A DNA stretch of 64,000 nt from Alphaproteobacteria bacterium (GCA_965216755.1 CBDCGL010000011.1:320001-384000), one strand, 5' to 3'. Shown: positions 1 through 9,834, counted from the first letter of the stretch. Program-made: numbers and translations. Notes: generated by a model not told the origin, from the sequence alone.

Positions 1-1
1 C

Positions 2-961
2 CGATTTAAGGACTATGTGCCGGGTGGTGTTATCCCAGCGACGCTCGCTGCCTTCCACTCGGATTTCACGATCGATGAGAACCAAACGCGCAAGCACTTG
101 GCGGATGTGGCGGCGGTTGATGGGCTGAGCGCGATCACGGTCAATGGCCACGCGTCCGAAGTCCATGCCTGTACCTTTGACGAACAGCAGCGCATCCTCG
201 CGTTCTCTCTGGCGGAAGTGGGTGACACGATACCTTTGATTTGCGGCGTCTATGCCGACGGCAGCCAAGAAGCGGCGCGCATTGCCGCTATGGCTGAACG
301 GGAAGGCGCATCATGTCTTTTGGTGTTCCCGCCGCAGAGCATGTCGATGGGCGGTCAACTCCGCCCGGAGATGGCAATCGTCCATTTTGAAACGATCGCG
401 GCCGCAACGGATCTACCCCTGATCGTGTTCCAATACCCCATGGCGTCCGGGCTTGGATACCCCTTCGACACGCTACTGAAAATGTTTGAGGCTGTCCCAT
501 CGATCCGGGCCATCAAGGACTGGTCCAACGACCCCATGCTGCATGAGCGACACATCCGCGAATTCCCGGCGCTGAGTCGGCCGGTCACCGTATTGACGAC
601 GCATAGCGCCTGGCTGATGAGCTCGCTTGTGATGGGAGCGGGTGGCCTTTTGTCTGGTGCAGGCAGCGTGATCGCGGACTTGCAAGTCGCACTGTATCAG
701 GCGGTCGTGGCCAAAGACTTGGCTCGGGCGCAATCGATCAACGACCGGATCTATCCGCTCGTCCAAGCGTTCTATACGCCGCCGTTCTTGGATATGCACA
801 ATCGCATGAAGGAATGTTTGCGGCTTTTGGGGCGGCTTAACGACGCTATTGTTCGCCCGCCATTGATGAAATTGAGCGAAACTGAGATCGCGCGGTTGCA
901 AGCGGCTTTGGATGTGGCCGGCATTCAAACCGAGGGCGCGTTCCTCAAAGCTGCCGAATAG
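2..961 (+). CDS. Dihydrodipicolinate synthase (DapA/NanA) family aldolase/lyase; probably 5'-truncated by the window edge
   Basis: GVIPA start, NGHASE phosphate loop, Y...IKDWS Schiff-base Lys, VRPPL C-terminus; frame is open upstream of GTG 17 to the window edge (RFKDYVPGG). Confidence 0.85.
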   Translation, partial: RFKDYVPGGVIPATLAAFHSDFTIDENQTRKHLADVAAVDGLSAITVNGHASEVHACTFDEQQRILAFSLAEVGDTIPLICGVYADGSQEAARIAAMAEREGASCLLVFPPQSMSMGGQLRPEMAIVHFETIAAATDLPLIVFQYPMASGLGYPFDTLLKMFEAVPSIRAIKDWSNDPMLHERHIREFPALSRPVTVLTTHSAWLMSSLVMGAGGLLSGAGSVIADLQVALYQAVVAKDLARAQSINDRIYPLVQAFYTPPFLDMHNRMKECLRLLGRLNDAIVRPPLMKLSETEIARLQAALDVAGIQTEGAFLKAAE

Positions 962-980
962 GCGGTAGGGAACCGGCGAC

Positions 981-2684
981 GTGGCACAGATTACAGCCGG
1001 TGAGGCGTTGCTCACCAGGCTGGGTGCACTCGGCGTCGACTATGTTTTCGCCAATTCCGGGACCGATTTCCCGCCGCTGATTGAGGCGTTGGCGCGCGCC
1101 CAAGTGCAGCCTGCCGACAGATTGCCGCAGGCTCTAATAATGCCCCATGAGCATGCCGCAATGGGCATGGCACACGGCTACTATTTGGCCACGGGTCGAC
1201 CACAGGCTGTCATTGTGCACACCAATGTTGGCCTTGCTAACGCGGCGATCGGCGCCATCAATGCCGCTTCGGACAACATTCCCTTGCTCCCGTTTTCGGG
1301 GCGCACACCAATCACCGAGACGGGAAGACTCGGATCACGGACGACGCCGATCACGTGGGGCCAAGAGATGCGCGACCAAGCAGCGTTGATCCGCGAGAGC
1401 GTCAAATGGGATTTTGAACTTCGCTATCCGGAACAAGTCAGCGATCTCGTTGATCGGGCATATGCCATTGCCATGTCGCCGCCGCGCGGCCCGGTTTATT
1501 TGAGCCTGCCGCGCGAACCGTTGTGTGAAACGATCGACCAAGGCGAGATCAAGCGTCCGCCGCGGTTTGCGGTATCGAAATCGGGGCTGAACGAGGCGGA
1601 TGTGGGACGGGCTGGCGAAATCTTGGCGCGGGCTGCACGACCCGTCATTTTGGCCCAGCGCGGCGCGGGCGATGCTGCCGGATTTGAAGCCTTGGCGGAT
1701 TTGTCGCAACGCTGGGCTTTGCCCGTCGTGCAATACTGGGCTCTGCGCTGCGCCGTTGGGCACGATCATCCCATGCACGCCGGTTATGATCCGGCGCCAT
1801 GGCTGGCCGACGCCGACGCGGTCATTGTGCTCGATTCACTGACGCCGTGGATCCCGTCATCTCATAACCCGCCGAGCGATTGTCCGATCATTCAAATAGG
1901 GCACGATCCCTTGTTTGCCCGTGCCCCCGTACGCGGATTTCGATCCGACATCTCCCTGGTCGGCAACGTATCCGATGTCGTCGCGGCGCTGGCGCGGGCC
2001 ATGGACGGACACGTCGGTCAACAGGCCGACTTGATCGACGAACGCCGCCGGCGTGTCGCCGAACGCATCGCGAACAACGGAGGCGTAGGTCAGGCGAAAA
2101 AGCGCGTCGGCGTCTCGACGCCTATGACAAAAGCCTGGGTGGGTCATTGCATTGCCGATGCGGTCGCGGCCGATGATGCCATTGTTGTTTCAGAGTTGGG
2201 TTGTTCGCTGGCGACCTTGCGCGCCACACGCGCGGACTCTTTCTATCAAGAGCCGGTCTCGGGTGGATTGGGTTGGGGATTTCCCACGGCGCTGGGCATG
2301 CAGCTGGCGGAACGCAAGCGATTGGTGATTGCGACGCTCGGCGACGGTTCCTATATCTTTTCGAATCCAATAGCTTGCCATCAAATTGCCGAAGCGCTGG
2401 CACTACCCATATTGATCGTCATCTTGAACAACAGTGCGTGGAATGCGGTGCGGCGCGCGACATTGGATGTTTTCCCCAATGGCTTTGCGGCGCGCGCCAA
2501 TCAAATGCCGCTTACGTCGTTGACCCCGACCCCCGACTTCGTGAAAGTGGCGGAGGCCCATCGTTGCTGGGCGCGGCGGGTTTCCGATGGCGACGATCTT
2601 CCGGCGGTGCTGCAGGCGGCGCTGACCGAGATTAAGAACGGGCGCCGCGCCGCCTTGATTGAAGCCGTCGTTGCGGCGGATTAA
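981..2684 (+). CDS. Thiamine-diphosphate-dependent enzyme (acetolactate synthase/benzoylformate decarboxylase-like)
   Basis: FANSGTDF, HEHAAMGMAHGY catalytic Glu motif, GDGSY...LNN ThDP/Mg motif. Confidence 0.9.
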   Translation: MAQITAGEALLTRLGALGVDYVFANSGTDFPPLIEALARAQVQPADRLPQALIMPHEHAAMGMAHGYYLATGRPQAVIVHTNVGLANAAIGAINAASDNIPLLPFSGRTPITETGRLGSRTTPITWGQEMRDQAALIRESVKWDFELRYPEQVSDLVDRAYAIAMSPPRGPVYLSLPREPLCETIDQGEIKRPPRFAVSKSGLNEADVGRAGEILARAARPVILAQRGAGDAAGFEALADLSQRWALPVVQYWALRCAVGHDHPMHAGYDPAPWLADADAVIVLDSLTPWIPSSHNPPSDCPIIQIGHDPLFARAPVRGFRSDISLVGNVSDVVAALARAMDGHVGQQADLIDERRRRVAERIANNGGVGQAKKRVGVSTPMTKAWVGHCIADAVAADDAIVVSELGCSLATLRATRADSFYQEPVSGGLGWGFPTALGMQLAERKRLVIATLGDGSYIFSNPIACHQIAEALALPILIVILNNSAWNAVRRATLDVFPNGFAARANQMPLTSLTPTPDFVKVAEAHRCWARRVSDGDDLPAVLQAALTEIKNGRRAALIEAVVAAD

Positions 2685-2722
2685 CGCAGTCATGGGATTT
2701 TCCAGATAACAAGGCGGCCGGA

Positions 2723-3673
2723 ATGCACATTGTTGTCCTTGGCGCTGGTGCGATGGGCTGCTTGTTTGGCGGTCTGCTCGCGCGAAAGGGTCATGCGGTC
2801 ATTTTGGCTGATGTCGATCGACGGCAAATTGACGCCATTAATAGCCGCGGTTTGCGGATTGAAAGCGATATCGCCGATCGGCCGATTAGGGTTCCCGCGC
2901 GGACAGTCGGTCAGATCGAGCAAGCGCCTGAATTGCTGATCTTATTCACAAAGACGATGCAGTCGGTCGCCGCCCTCGAGTCGGCGCGGCACTTGCTAGG
3001 TCCGCAAACTTGGCTGCTGACTATTCAGAATGGCCTCGGCAACGTGGAAATTGCGGCGCAGTATCTGGACAAGGGGCGCATTATCGTTGGTATGACAACC
3101 TTTCCCGCGGATCTTGTCGCCTTCGGCCATGTTGTTTCCCACGGCAGCGCCGTTACACACATCATGACCGCCACTGGCAAGGCCGACGAGTTTGTCGCCA
3201 AGACTGCCGAGATCTTGTCCGAGGCCGGTTTGAACGGCGTGGTCGAACCGGATATCGAATCGGCTATTTGGTCTAAGGTGGCTTTTAACGCGGCGATGAA
3301 TTCTCTCGCGGCGGTGACCGGCGCGACGCCGGGCACGATCGGTAACAGCGAACACGGCACCACACTTGCCCGCGAAGTGGTGGCTGAGACCGCCGCGGTC
3401 GCGCGCGCAAAGGGCATTGAAATTGACGAGGCGACCGTAAATGCGACGATCGATATGGCCATGCGCGAGCACAAAGACCATCAACCATCGATGTTGCAGG
3501 ACATGATGGCCGGGCGCCCCACCGAAATCGATTCGCTGAATGGTGCGATCGTCAAGGACGCGGCAAAGGTTGGTGTTACCCTGCCGGTCACCGCCACTCT
3601 ATGGCGGTTGGTGAAGCTGGCCGAGGCGGTGGCCATTAAACAGCGTGCCGATCCGGACAGCACACATTCATGA
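2723..3673 (+). CDS. panE: Ketopantoate reductase (ApbA/PanE) family oxidoreductase
   Basis: GAGAMG Rossmann motif, QNGLG, WxKxxxN, SMLQD...TEIDSLNG. Confidence 0.85.
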   Translation: MHIVVLGAGAMGCLFGGLLARKGHAVILADVDRRQIDAINSRGLRIESDIADRPIRVPARTVGQIEQAPELLILFTKTMQSVAALESARHLLGPQTWLLTIQNGLGNVEIAAQYLDKGRIIVGMTTFPADLVAFGHVVSHGSAVTHIMTATGKADEFVAKTAEILSEAGLNGVVEPDIESAIWSKVAFNAAMNSLAAVTGATPGTIGNSEHGTTLAREVVAETAAVARAKGIEIDEATVNATIDMAMREHKDHQPSMLQDMMAGRPTEIDSLNGAIVKDAAKVGVTLPVTATLWRLVKLAEAVAIKQRADPDSTHS

Positions 3674-5427
3674 GTACGCTGTTTACGCCGAAATTGATCG
3701 GGTCCGTCGAGGTTCCGAACCGCATCGTCATGCCCTCGATGACGACGCGGTCAGCCGATGCCGAAGGCCATGTGACCGACGATACAATCGCGTATTTCGT
3801 CGCTCGGGCGCGTGGCGGGGTGGGATTGGTCACCGTTGAAATGGCATCGCCAGAGAAGGTCGGTCGGCACCGGCACCACGAACTGGGGATCTATGACGAT
3901 CGGTTTTTGCCCGGCTTGTCGCGATTGGTGCAGGGCATCCGTGACGCCGGGGCGCGCACGGCGATTCAGCTTGGACATGGGGGCGGGCATACGCGCGAGG
4001 ACATTTGCGGCGAGACCCCGATCGCGCCGTCGGCCGTGCCACACGACGTGTTCGAAGGGACGATGCAGACGATCGTGCCACAGGAAATGTCGCGCGACCG
4101 CATCGCCCAAACCACGGACGCCTTTGTCGCTGCGGCGGCACGGGCCGCCGAGGCCGGCTTTGACTGTGTTGAGATCCACGCCGCCCACGGCTATCTCATT
4201 TCTCAGTTCTTATGTCCGGCCGAAAACCGGCGTACCGATGAATATGGCGGCAACCTGGAAAATCGTGCGCGGTTTGGGCTCGACATTCTGCGCCGCGTCA
4301 AGCAAATGGTTCCGTCCGTCGCCGTCATATTCCGTCTGACCGTCGAGGATTTTTTTGCCGGCGGCATGCCGTTCGACGAAGGCAGGCGCGTGGCCGCGTG
4401 GGCTGACCAGGCTGGTGCCGACGCTATTCATGTCTCAGCCGGCCACTACCGATCGCAGCCGGGTCACATGATGATCCCGCCCATGGCGGTCGCCGACGCG
4501 CCTTTTTTGGCGTTTGCGGCGAAGATCAGGAAAGATGCGCGCGCTCCCGTCATTGCTGTTGGGCGTTTGGGTGATCCGACGGCCGCGGCGGCCGCCATAG
4601 ACCAAGGCCAGGCTGATTTTGTCGCCTTGGGGCGCGGCCTGATCGCCGACCCTGATTGGCCGCGAAAGGTTCGGCGGGGCAAAGCGATCAGACGTTGCCT
4701 GGCCTGCAACACATGCGTCAACGAAATGCGCGGCGGGTCGCGATTGCACTGCGTCGTGAATGGCATGGTCGGGCGCGAGGCGGACTTTGCTGTGACACGT
4801 CGCCCGCGCGACGAAAAGATTGCGGTGGTTGGGGCCGGCCCCGCCGGTTTGACCTATGCCTCCCTAGTCGCAGACGACAACCGCGTGACGGTTTTCGAGC
4901 GGTCGGGCCAAGCCGGCGGCGCGTTTCGTTTGGTTGGTCTGGCACCGCTGTTTCAAGATGTCGAGGCTCGTGCCGACAGTTTCGCCAATTATGTGCGGGA
5001 TATGGTCGCGGCGTGCCGTGGGGCCGGTGTCGACTTTGCGTTTGACGTCGACGTTGCACGCACCCCCAACATTCTGGCCCCGTTTGATCGCGTGGTTATT
5101 GCGAGCGGCGCGCGCTATCGGTTTGGTATCGGATTTCTTATTCGTGGCGCATTGACGGCCGGTATCGGGCGATGGCCCGGCTTTCGGGATCTTGCCGCCA
5201 GTCACGGCGTGCGAACCTGGTTCTACGAGCGCGGGCGTCGGCCGAACGGCCCCATTTGCATGGGCCTTGTGCGGCCCGACCAAAAACTCGTGATTATTGG
5301 CGATGCACACCGTGCCGGCAAAAGTCGACCAGCTATTGCCACGGCCTTTGAGGCCGCCTTACTTGATCGACACGGTGTCGCCGCGGCGGCAAAGGCCGCG
5401 GCCATGGTTGAGCCTGCGAGAAACTGA
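3670..5427 (+). CDS. Old-yellow-enzyme/NADH:flavin oxidoreductase with Fe-S and FAD domain (DCR/BaiCD-like)
   Basis: EIHAAHGYLISQFL, NRRTDEYGG, CLACNTC..C cluster motif, VVGAGPAG; ATGA overlap with upstream gene. Confidence 0.9.
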   Translation: MSTLFTPKLIGSVEVPNRIVMPSMTTRSADAEGHVTDDTIAYFVARARGGVGLVTVEMASPEKVGRHRHHELGIYDDRFLPGLSRLVQGIRDAGARTAIQLGHGGGHTREDICGETPIAPSAVPHDVFEGTMQTIVPQEMSRDRIAQTTDAFVAAAARAAEAGFDCVEIHAAHGYLISQFLCPAENRRTDEYGGNLENRARFGLDILRRVKQMVPSVAVIFRLTVEDFFAGGMPFDEGRRVAAWADQAGADAIHVSAGHYRSQPGHMMIPPMAVADAPFLAFAAKIRKDARAPVIAVGRLGDPTAAAAAIDQGQADFVALGRGLIADPDWPRKVRRGKAIRRCLACNTCVNEMRGGSRLHCVVNGMVGREADFAVTRRPRDEKIAVVGAGPAGLTYASLVADDNRVTVFERSGQAGGAFRLVGLAPLFQDVEARADSFANYVRDMVAACRGAGVDFAFDVDVARTPNILAPFDRVVIASGARYRFGIGFLIRGALTAGIGRWPGFRDLAASHGVRTWFYERGRRPNGPICMGLVRPDQKLVIIGDAHRAGKSRPAIATAFEAALLDRHGVAAAAKAAAMVEPARN

Positions 5428-5433
5428 ATGCGG

Positions 5434-5718
5434 CTAAGCAACCGGTGTCGGCCGTGGATGCACCAGTCTGACATGGTTGTTCGGAGGCCGCACCCCGGTA
5501 TCGACGCCGCCGTCTTGGCGCGTTGCGCGCAAGCACAGAACAGGATCGTTCGGCGTACCGGCATCCATGCGTTCAAGCTTGAAGCTCTCAGGCTGAATAT
5601 CGGAAAAGTCGTTGTGGTGCTTACGCAGCCAGTCGACGACGATTTCTTCGATTTGCTCTTGTGTCAGCGAGACAGTCGCGGTGATCACGCGTTGCCGATT
5701 GGCTTGCACTCGTACCAT
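5434..5718 (-). CDS. Small hypothetical protein (94 aa)
   Basis: ATG 5718 preceded by AAGGGA RBS; fills the gap between known genes; protein-like composition. Confidence 0.6.
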   Translation of the reverse strand: MVRVQANRQRVITATVSLTQEQIEEIVVDWLRKHHNDFSDIQPESFKLERMDAGTPNDPVLCLRATRQDGGVDTGVRPPNNHVRLVHPRPTPVA

Positions 5719-6007
5719 CGTTCGTTCCCTTGGTTTACATCTTCTGGCGCACACGAGACACGGCTCGAGCGACCCAATGCTTTTCGAGAGCCAGCCTCGC
5801 ATAGCTGATGTGTTGCCGCATGATCCATTTGCACCATCTCGCGTCGCTATTTAATTTATTGTTTTATAAGGGGTATTTCTAGATTTCTTGGCGCATTTCA
5901 GTGGTTCTCCGGTGCTTGCGCCGGGGCCGAGGTCGGCTTGGCGGGGTGAGCCGATCTATGACATGCTGGGAGCCGGATTCACGAAACCCAACGGGGAGGC
6001 AACCGAA

Positions 6008-6577
6008 ATGGCACGGGTTCGAGATGTGGGCGCAGAAGAGGTGCCAGAAGACGACCGACCGATCTATGAGAGATTTGCGCACGATTATGGTCCGTTCATG
6101 AACCAAGCACGTGTGTTCGCCCACAGACCGCCGATTCTACGCCATATGATGGGACTGATGTTGACACTCGCGGATGAGGCCATCGTACCCAAACGTTATC
6201 TTGAAATTGCCTTGGTAACGGTTTCTAAGCTGAATACCTGCACGTATTGCGTGACCCACCATGTTCCGAGGTTGATCGAACAAGGCCTGCCACCGGACAC
6301 CGCGAACAATATTCTGGCGCCGGATTGCCCCGGCCTGGATGATGTCGATCGGCTCGTTCGCGATTACGCACGGCAGGTCACGCTTGATTCGAAACGTGTC
6401 CCGAATCAGCTTTTCGAGGCGCTGCGCGCGCATTTCACCGAAGCACAGATTGTCGAACTGACATTCCGCACGACGTTGTGCGGTTTTTACAACAGGCTCA
6501 ACGAAGCCTTGGCGATTGATATCGAGCCGGAGGCAATTGAAGAGATGCTTTCGAAAGGTGGGGCAGCGGCGGCCTAG
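6008..6577 (+). CDS. Carboxymuconolactone decarboxylase/AhpD-like peroxidase-related protein
   Basis: E...VSKLNTCTYCVTHH (CxxC-xx-HH) motif; GGGGAGG RBS before ATG 6008. Confidence 0.85.
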   Translation: MARVRDVGAEEVPEDDRPIYERFAHDYGPFMNQARVFAHRPPILRHMMGLMLTLADEAIVPKRYLEIALVTVSKLNTCTYCVTHHVPRLIEQGLPPDTANNILAPDCPGLDDVDRLVRDYARQVTLDSKRVPNQLFEALRAHFTEAQIVELTFRTTLCGFYNRLNEALAIDIEPEAIEEMLSKGGAAAA

Positions 6578-6659
6578 TCGATGATCAGCGCATGGGGCGC
6601 GGGAATAGCGTCCGCTGTCGGGATGAAAGAATCGATGAGGCACGGGAACACGGATAGTT

Positions 6660-8207
6660 ATGGCCTGGCAAAAACAGCTGGATGAACTTGAGAGGAAGCG
6701 CGCCCGGTCGGCCGAACAGGGCGGCGCCGAAGGTGTGGCACGGCAAAAGGCGAGTGGGCGTCTGACCATACGCGAACGTATCGATCTGCTTCTGGACCCG
6801 GGAACGTTTCGCGAAATTGGCAGCGGCGCCGGTGGCAGCGAGCGCGACCCAGAAGGTCGATTGGTATCGTTCACGCCCGGCAATTTCGTTCTGGGTTTTG
6901 GCACGATCGAAGGTCGCAGATGCGTGGTCGGTGGCGAGGATTTCACCCTCAGGGGTGGTTCGCCGAACGAGGCTGGCTTGCGCAAGAGTGTCTATGCAGA
7001 GCAACTCGCCTGCCAATATCGTGTGCCACTCATACGCCTGCACGAGGGCGGCGGTGGCAGCGTTGGTGGCACGGGCGCCGGCGCTGGCGGAGCGCCGGTC
7101 TATGCGCCACCCCGGTTTCGGTCGGTTGCCGAAGCCATGGCGACCGTTCCCGTGGCCACGGCCGCGCTGGGGCCGGTCGCGGGCTTGCCTGCGGCGCGCC
7201 TGGTCGCCGCCCATCTTTCCGTGATGTCCAAGGACAACGCGCAGGTGCTGATTGCCGGTCCGGCTGTTGTACAGCGCGCAATCGGCGAACGGCTGACAAA
7301 GGAAGAGCTCGGCGGTGCGGCGGTGCATACAAAAAACGGGGTCATTGACAATCTGGCCAACGACGAGGCGTCGGCGCTGGCGCAGATCAGAGAGTTCCTG
7401 AGCTACCTGCCGGCGCATGTGTGGGAAACGGCGCCAATCTTTGAAAACGGTGATCCCGCTGAGCGTCGCGCAGCCGAACTCGTGGATATCGTGCCGGAGA
7501 ACCGTCGCAAGCTCTATGACATGAGACGATTGCTTGCGCTCGTTGTCGACAAGGATTCATTCTTCGAGATCGGAGCGGGCTACGGTCGCGGATTGGTGAC
7601 CGGGCTCGCGCGCTTGACAGGGCAGACAGTTGGTGTTCTGGCTAATGATTGTCGCTATCTGGCCGGTGCCATGACCGCCGACGCAGCGCACAAACTGCGG
7701 CGATTGGTCGAACTGTGCGATACCTTTCATGTGCCGATCGTCAGTTTTGTTGACGAACCGGGTTTCATGATCGGCAGTGCCGCTGAGCAGGCGGGTACGA
7801 TTCGCCATGGCACAGCCGCCGTGTTGACAGCGGCGACCAGCGTTGTGCCCTGGGCCTCCGTTATTGTGCGCCGTTCGTTTGGCGTGGCGCAGGCCGCGCA
7901 CTATGGGCCTGATGGCTATGTCTTGGCCTGGCCGTCTGCGGAGATGGGCGCGCTACCGGTCGAAGGGGGTGTGGCGGTGGCCTATCGTCGCGAGATCGAA
8001 TCGGCGCCGGACCCCGAAGCTCGCCGGCGCGAGCTGGAAGAACAAATGGCCGCGCGTCAGTCGCCATTCCCGCGCGCTGAATCCCTGTCGGTCCACGATA
8101 TTATTGATCCTTGCGATACGCGGCCGCTCTTATGTGAGTGGGTTGAACGCGTACAGCCGATATTGCCCGATTTGGTGGGGCCGCCGCGTTTCTTGCCCCG
8201 GCCGTAG
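6660..8207 (+). CDS. Acyl-CoA carboxylase carboxyltransferase (beta) subunit
   Basis: GRLTIRERIDLLLD, DFTLRGGS, EELGGAAVH, FVDEPGF, IIDP motifs. Confidence 0.9.
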   Translation: MAWQKQLDELERKRARSAEQGGAEGVARQKASGRLTIRERIDLLLDPGTFREIGSGAGGSERDPEGRLVSFTPGNFVLGFGTIEGRRCVVGGEDFTLRGGSPNEAGLRKSVYAEQLACQYRVPLIRLHEGGGGSVGGTGAGAGGAPVYAPPRFRSVAEAMATVPVATAALGPVAGLPAARLVAAHLSVMSKDNAQVLIAGPAVVQRAIGERLTKEELGGAAVHTKNGVIDNLANDEASALAQIREFLSYLPAHVWETAPIFENGDPAERRAAELVDIVPENRRKLYDMRRLLALVVDKDSFFEIGAGYGRGLVTGLARLTGQTVGVLANDCRYLAGAMTADAAHKLRRLVELCDTFHVPIVSFVDEPGFMIGSAAEQAGTIRHGTAAVLTAATSVVPWASVIVRRSFGVAQAAHYGPDGYVLAWPSAEMGALPVEGGVAVAYRREIESAPDPEARRRELEEQMAARQSPFPRAESLSVHDIIDPCDTRPLLCEWVERVQPILPDLVGPPRFLPRP

Positions 8208-8397
8208 CGAGATCTTCCCGTTTGTCTAGGGGGCCGACCGGGCGTTCACGAAGAAATCCACCAATTCGGTGCCGTCCACCAGTTTTTGGGTACTCGCGGC
8301 GGGCCATCGGATCGTGTAACATCTCGTCAAGACAACAGTTTAAAAGAGTCCGGTAAGGAACGAAATGGCGTAAATTGACAAGGGAGGACCCGCGATC

Positions 8398-9465
8398 ATG
8401 GCGGTGTCGACATATCTAAAGGCGGGGGCGGCTGTCGCCCTGGCTATCTCAATTAGCGCGGCGGCCAATGCTCAGACGAGCGACAAGCCGCTTGAGGAAA
8501 ATTGGGCGCCGACCGAATGGGGCCCGGACGACAAGGTTGGCGCACCGAACCGAACGACGCCGGATATCGTGCTTAAAGCGGTTGGTTTGGTCAAAGAGGG
8601 CAAGACCGCGACACTCGGCAAGCTCTACCAGTCCGAGGTGCCACTATTTGGCCCACGTACTTATCAGATGACCATCCCTGGCACGCCGACGGGCGGTCCA
8701 TTCGGCGAGAATGCGCTCATCTATCATGACGAAATGTTGACGACGGAAATTGGTCAGGTCAGCACCCAGTTTGATGGCCCGGGCCATATTGGTGTCAACA
8801 CATCGCAAGGCGGCTTTTTCTATAATGGTCGCGACCCACAGGAAACTTACGAACGTGGTGCCGGTGGGCGCGTGATCGGGATGGGTGATCTCGGCGTTGA
8901 ATTTGTCGCCGAGAAGGGCTTCGTTTGCCGCGGCATTCTGCTTAATGCGCCGGCCTATAAGGGAATGAACCCGCTACCAATCCCGACAGCTACTGACAGC
9001 CCGGGCATTGTCACTGCCGACGACGTCAAAGGCATGATCGAGGCCCAAGGTGTTGGCGAGATCGGCGAGGGCGATTGCGTTTTCCTATACACCGGCCATG
9101 GCGATCTTTGGTCCAATGCCAGTTGGCCGACCATGAGCACGGAAGAACGTGCTGCAGCGCGCGCGACCTTCACGTCCGGCGAGCCGGGCTTTGGCGTCAG
9201 CGCGTGCGAATACATGGCCGAACGTAAGATCATTCTCACGGGTGGCGATACGTCAGCCAACGATGCCCAACCGGTTGGTGAGGAAGAAGGCTTTGCAGTG
9301 CCGTGCCATACGGAAATGCAAACTCGGCGTGGCATCTGGAACATCGAGAACCTGGACTTTACGCCGCTGCTTGAGGCGGGTGTGAGCGAGTTCTTGTTCG
9401 TTTGGGCGCCATTGAAGCTGGTCGGTGCGACTGGTTCGCCCGGCAATCCCGTTGCGCTCTGGTAA
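8398..9465 (+). CDS. Secreted cyclase-family (kynurenine formamidase-like) metal hydrolase
   Basis: Sec signal (AANA|Q), WGPDDKVG, TQFDGPGH, IENLD, APLKLVGATGSP; GGGAGG RBS. Confidence 0.85.
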   Translation: MAVSTYLKAGAAVALAISISAAANAQTSDKPLEENWAPTEWGPDDKVGAPNRTTPDIVLKAVGLVKEGKTATLGKLYQSEVPLFGPRTYQMTIPGTPTGGPFGENALIYHDEMLTTEIGQVSTQFDGPGHIGVNTSQGGFFYNGRDPQETYERGAGGRVIGMGDLGVEFVAEKGFVCRGILLNAPAYKGMNPLPIPTATDSPGIVTADDVKGMIEAQGVGEIGEGDCVFLYTGHGDLWSNASWPTMSTEERAAARATFTSGEPGFGVSACEYMAERKIILTGGDTSANDAQPVGEEEGFAVPCHTEMQTRRGIWNIENLDFTPLLEAGVSEFLFVWAPLKLVGATGSPGNPVALW

Positions 9466-9500
9466 GACCAGACTCGTATACGAACTTCAAGGCACTGATG

Positions 9501-9534
9501 TGGGAGCCGGCATTTCGCCGGCTCCCATTTTTTT
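9501..9534 (+). terminator. Rho-independent terminator after the cyclase gene
   Basis: TGGGAGCCGGC-atttc-GCCGGCTCCCA followed by a T-run. Confidence 0.9.
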
Positions 9535-9725
9535 CATGCCATGTGCTGTCCGCCGAATTCGCCGCGCCGCGGATAGGTGCGCGCTAATGGCACGTTCTTT
9601 GGCAAAGATTTTCGCACAAATTATTAGGTGAACATCAAAATGACTTACCCGGAAGTATCAATGATCGATACATGGGCGATTCCTGACGCCGCTGACATAG
9701 AGGCGTGGCCGCGCCGACAATCAAC

Positions 9726-9761
9726 AAAAATGCGGCTGCCGCGTAACGGGCAGCCGCATTT
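9726..9761 (-). terminator. Rho-independent terminator of the Asn/Gly repeat gene (possibly bidirectional)
   Basis: 13-bp stem AAATGCGGCTGCC/GGCAGCCGCATTT, with a U-tract on the minus strand. Confidence 0.8.
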
Positions 9762-9834
9762 CTCATACTGATCCGAAGATCAACCCATTCGCCGCATCTT
9801 TAAGATTGATCGCGGCGCTAACCGTGCTGTTCGC

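Noticed and set aside
6137-7418. Long minus-strand ORFs (282 and 277 aa)
   Set aside because: Shadows of the well-supported AhpD-like and carboxyltransferase genes, as expected in high-GC DNA.
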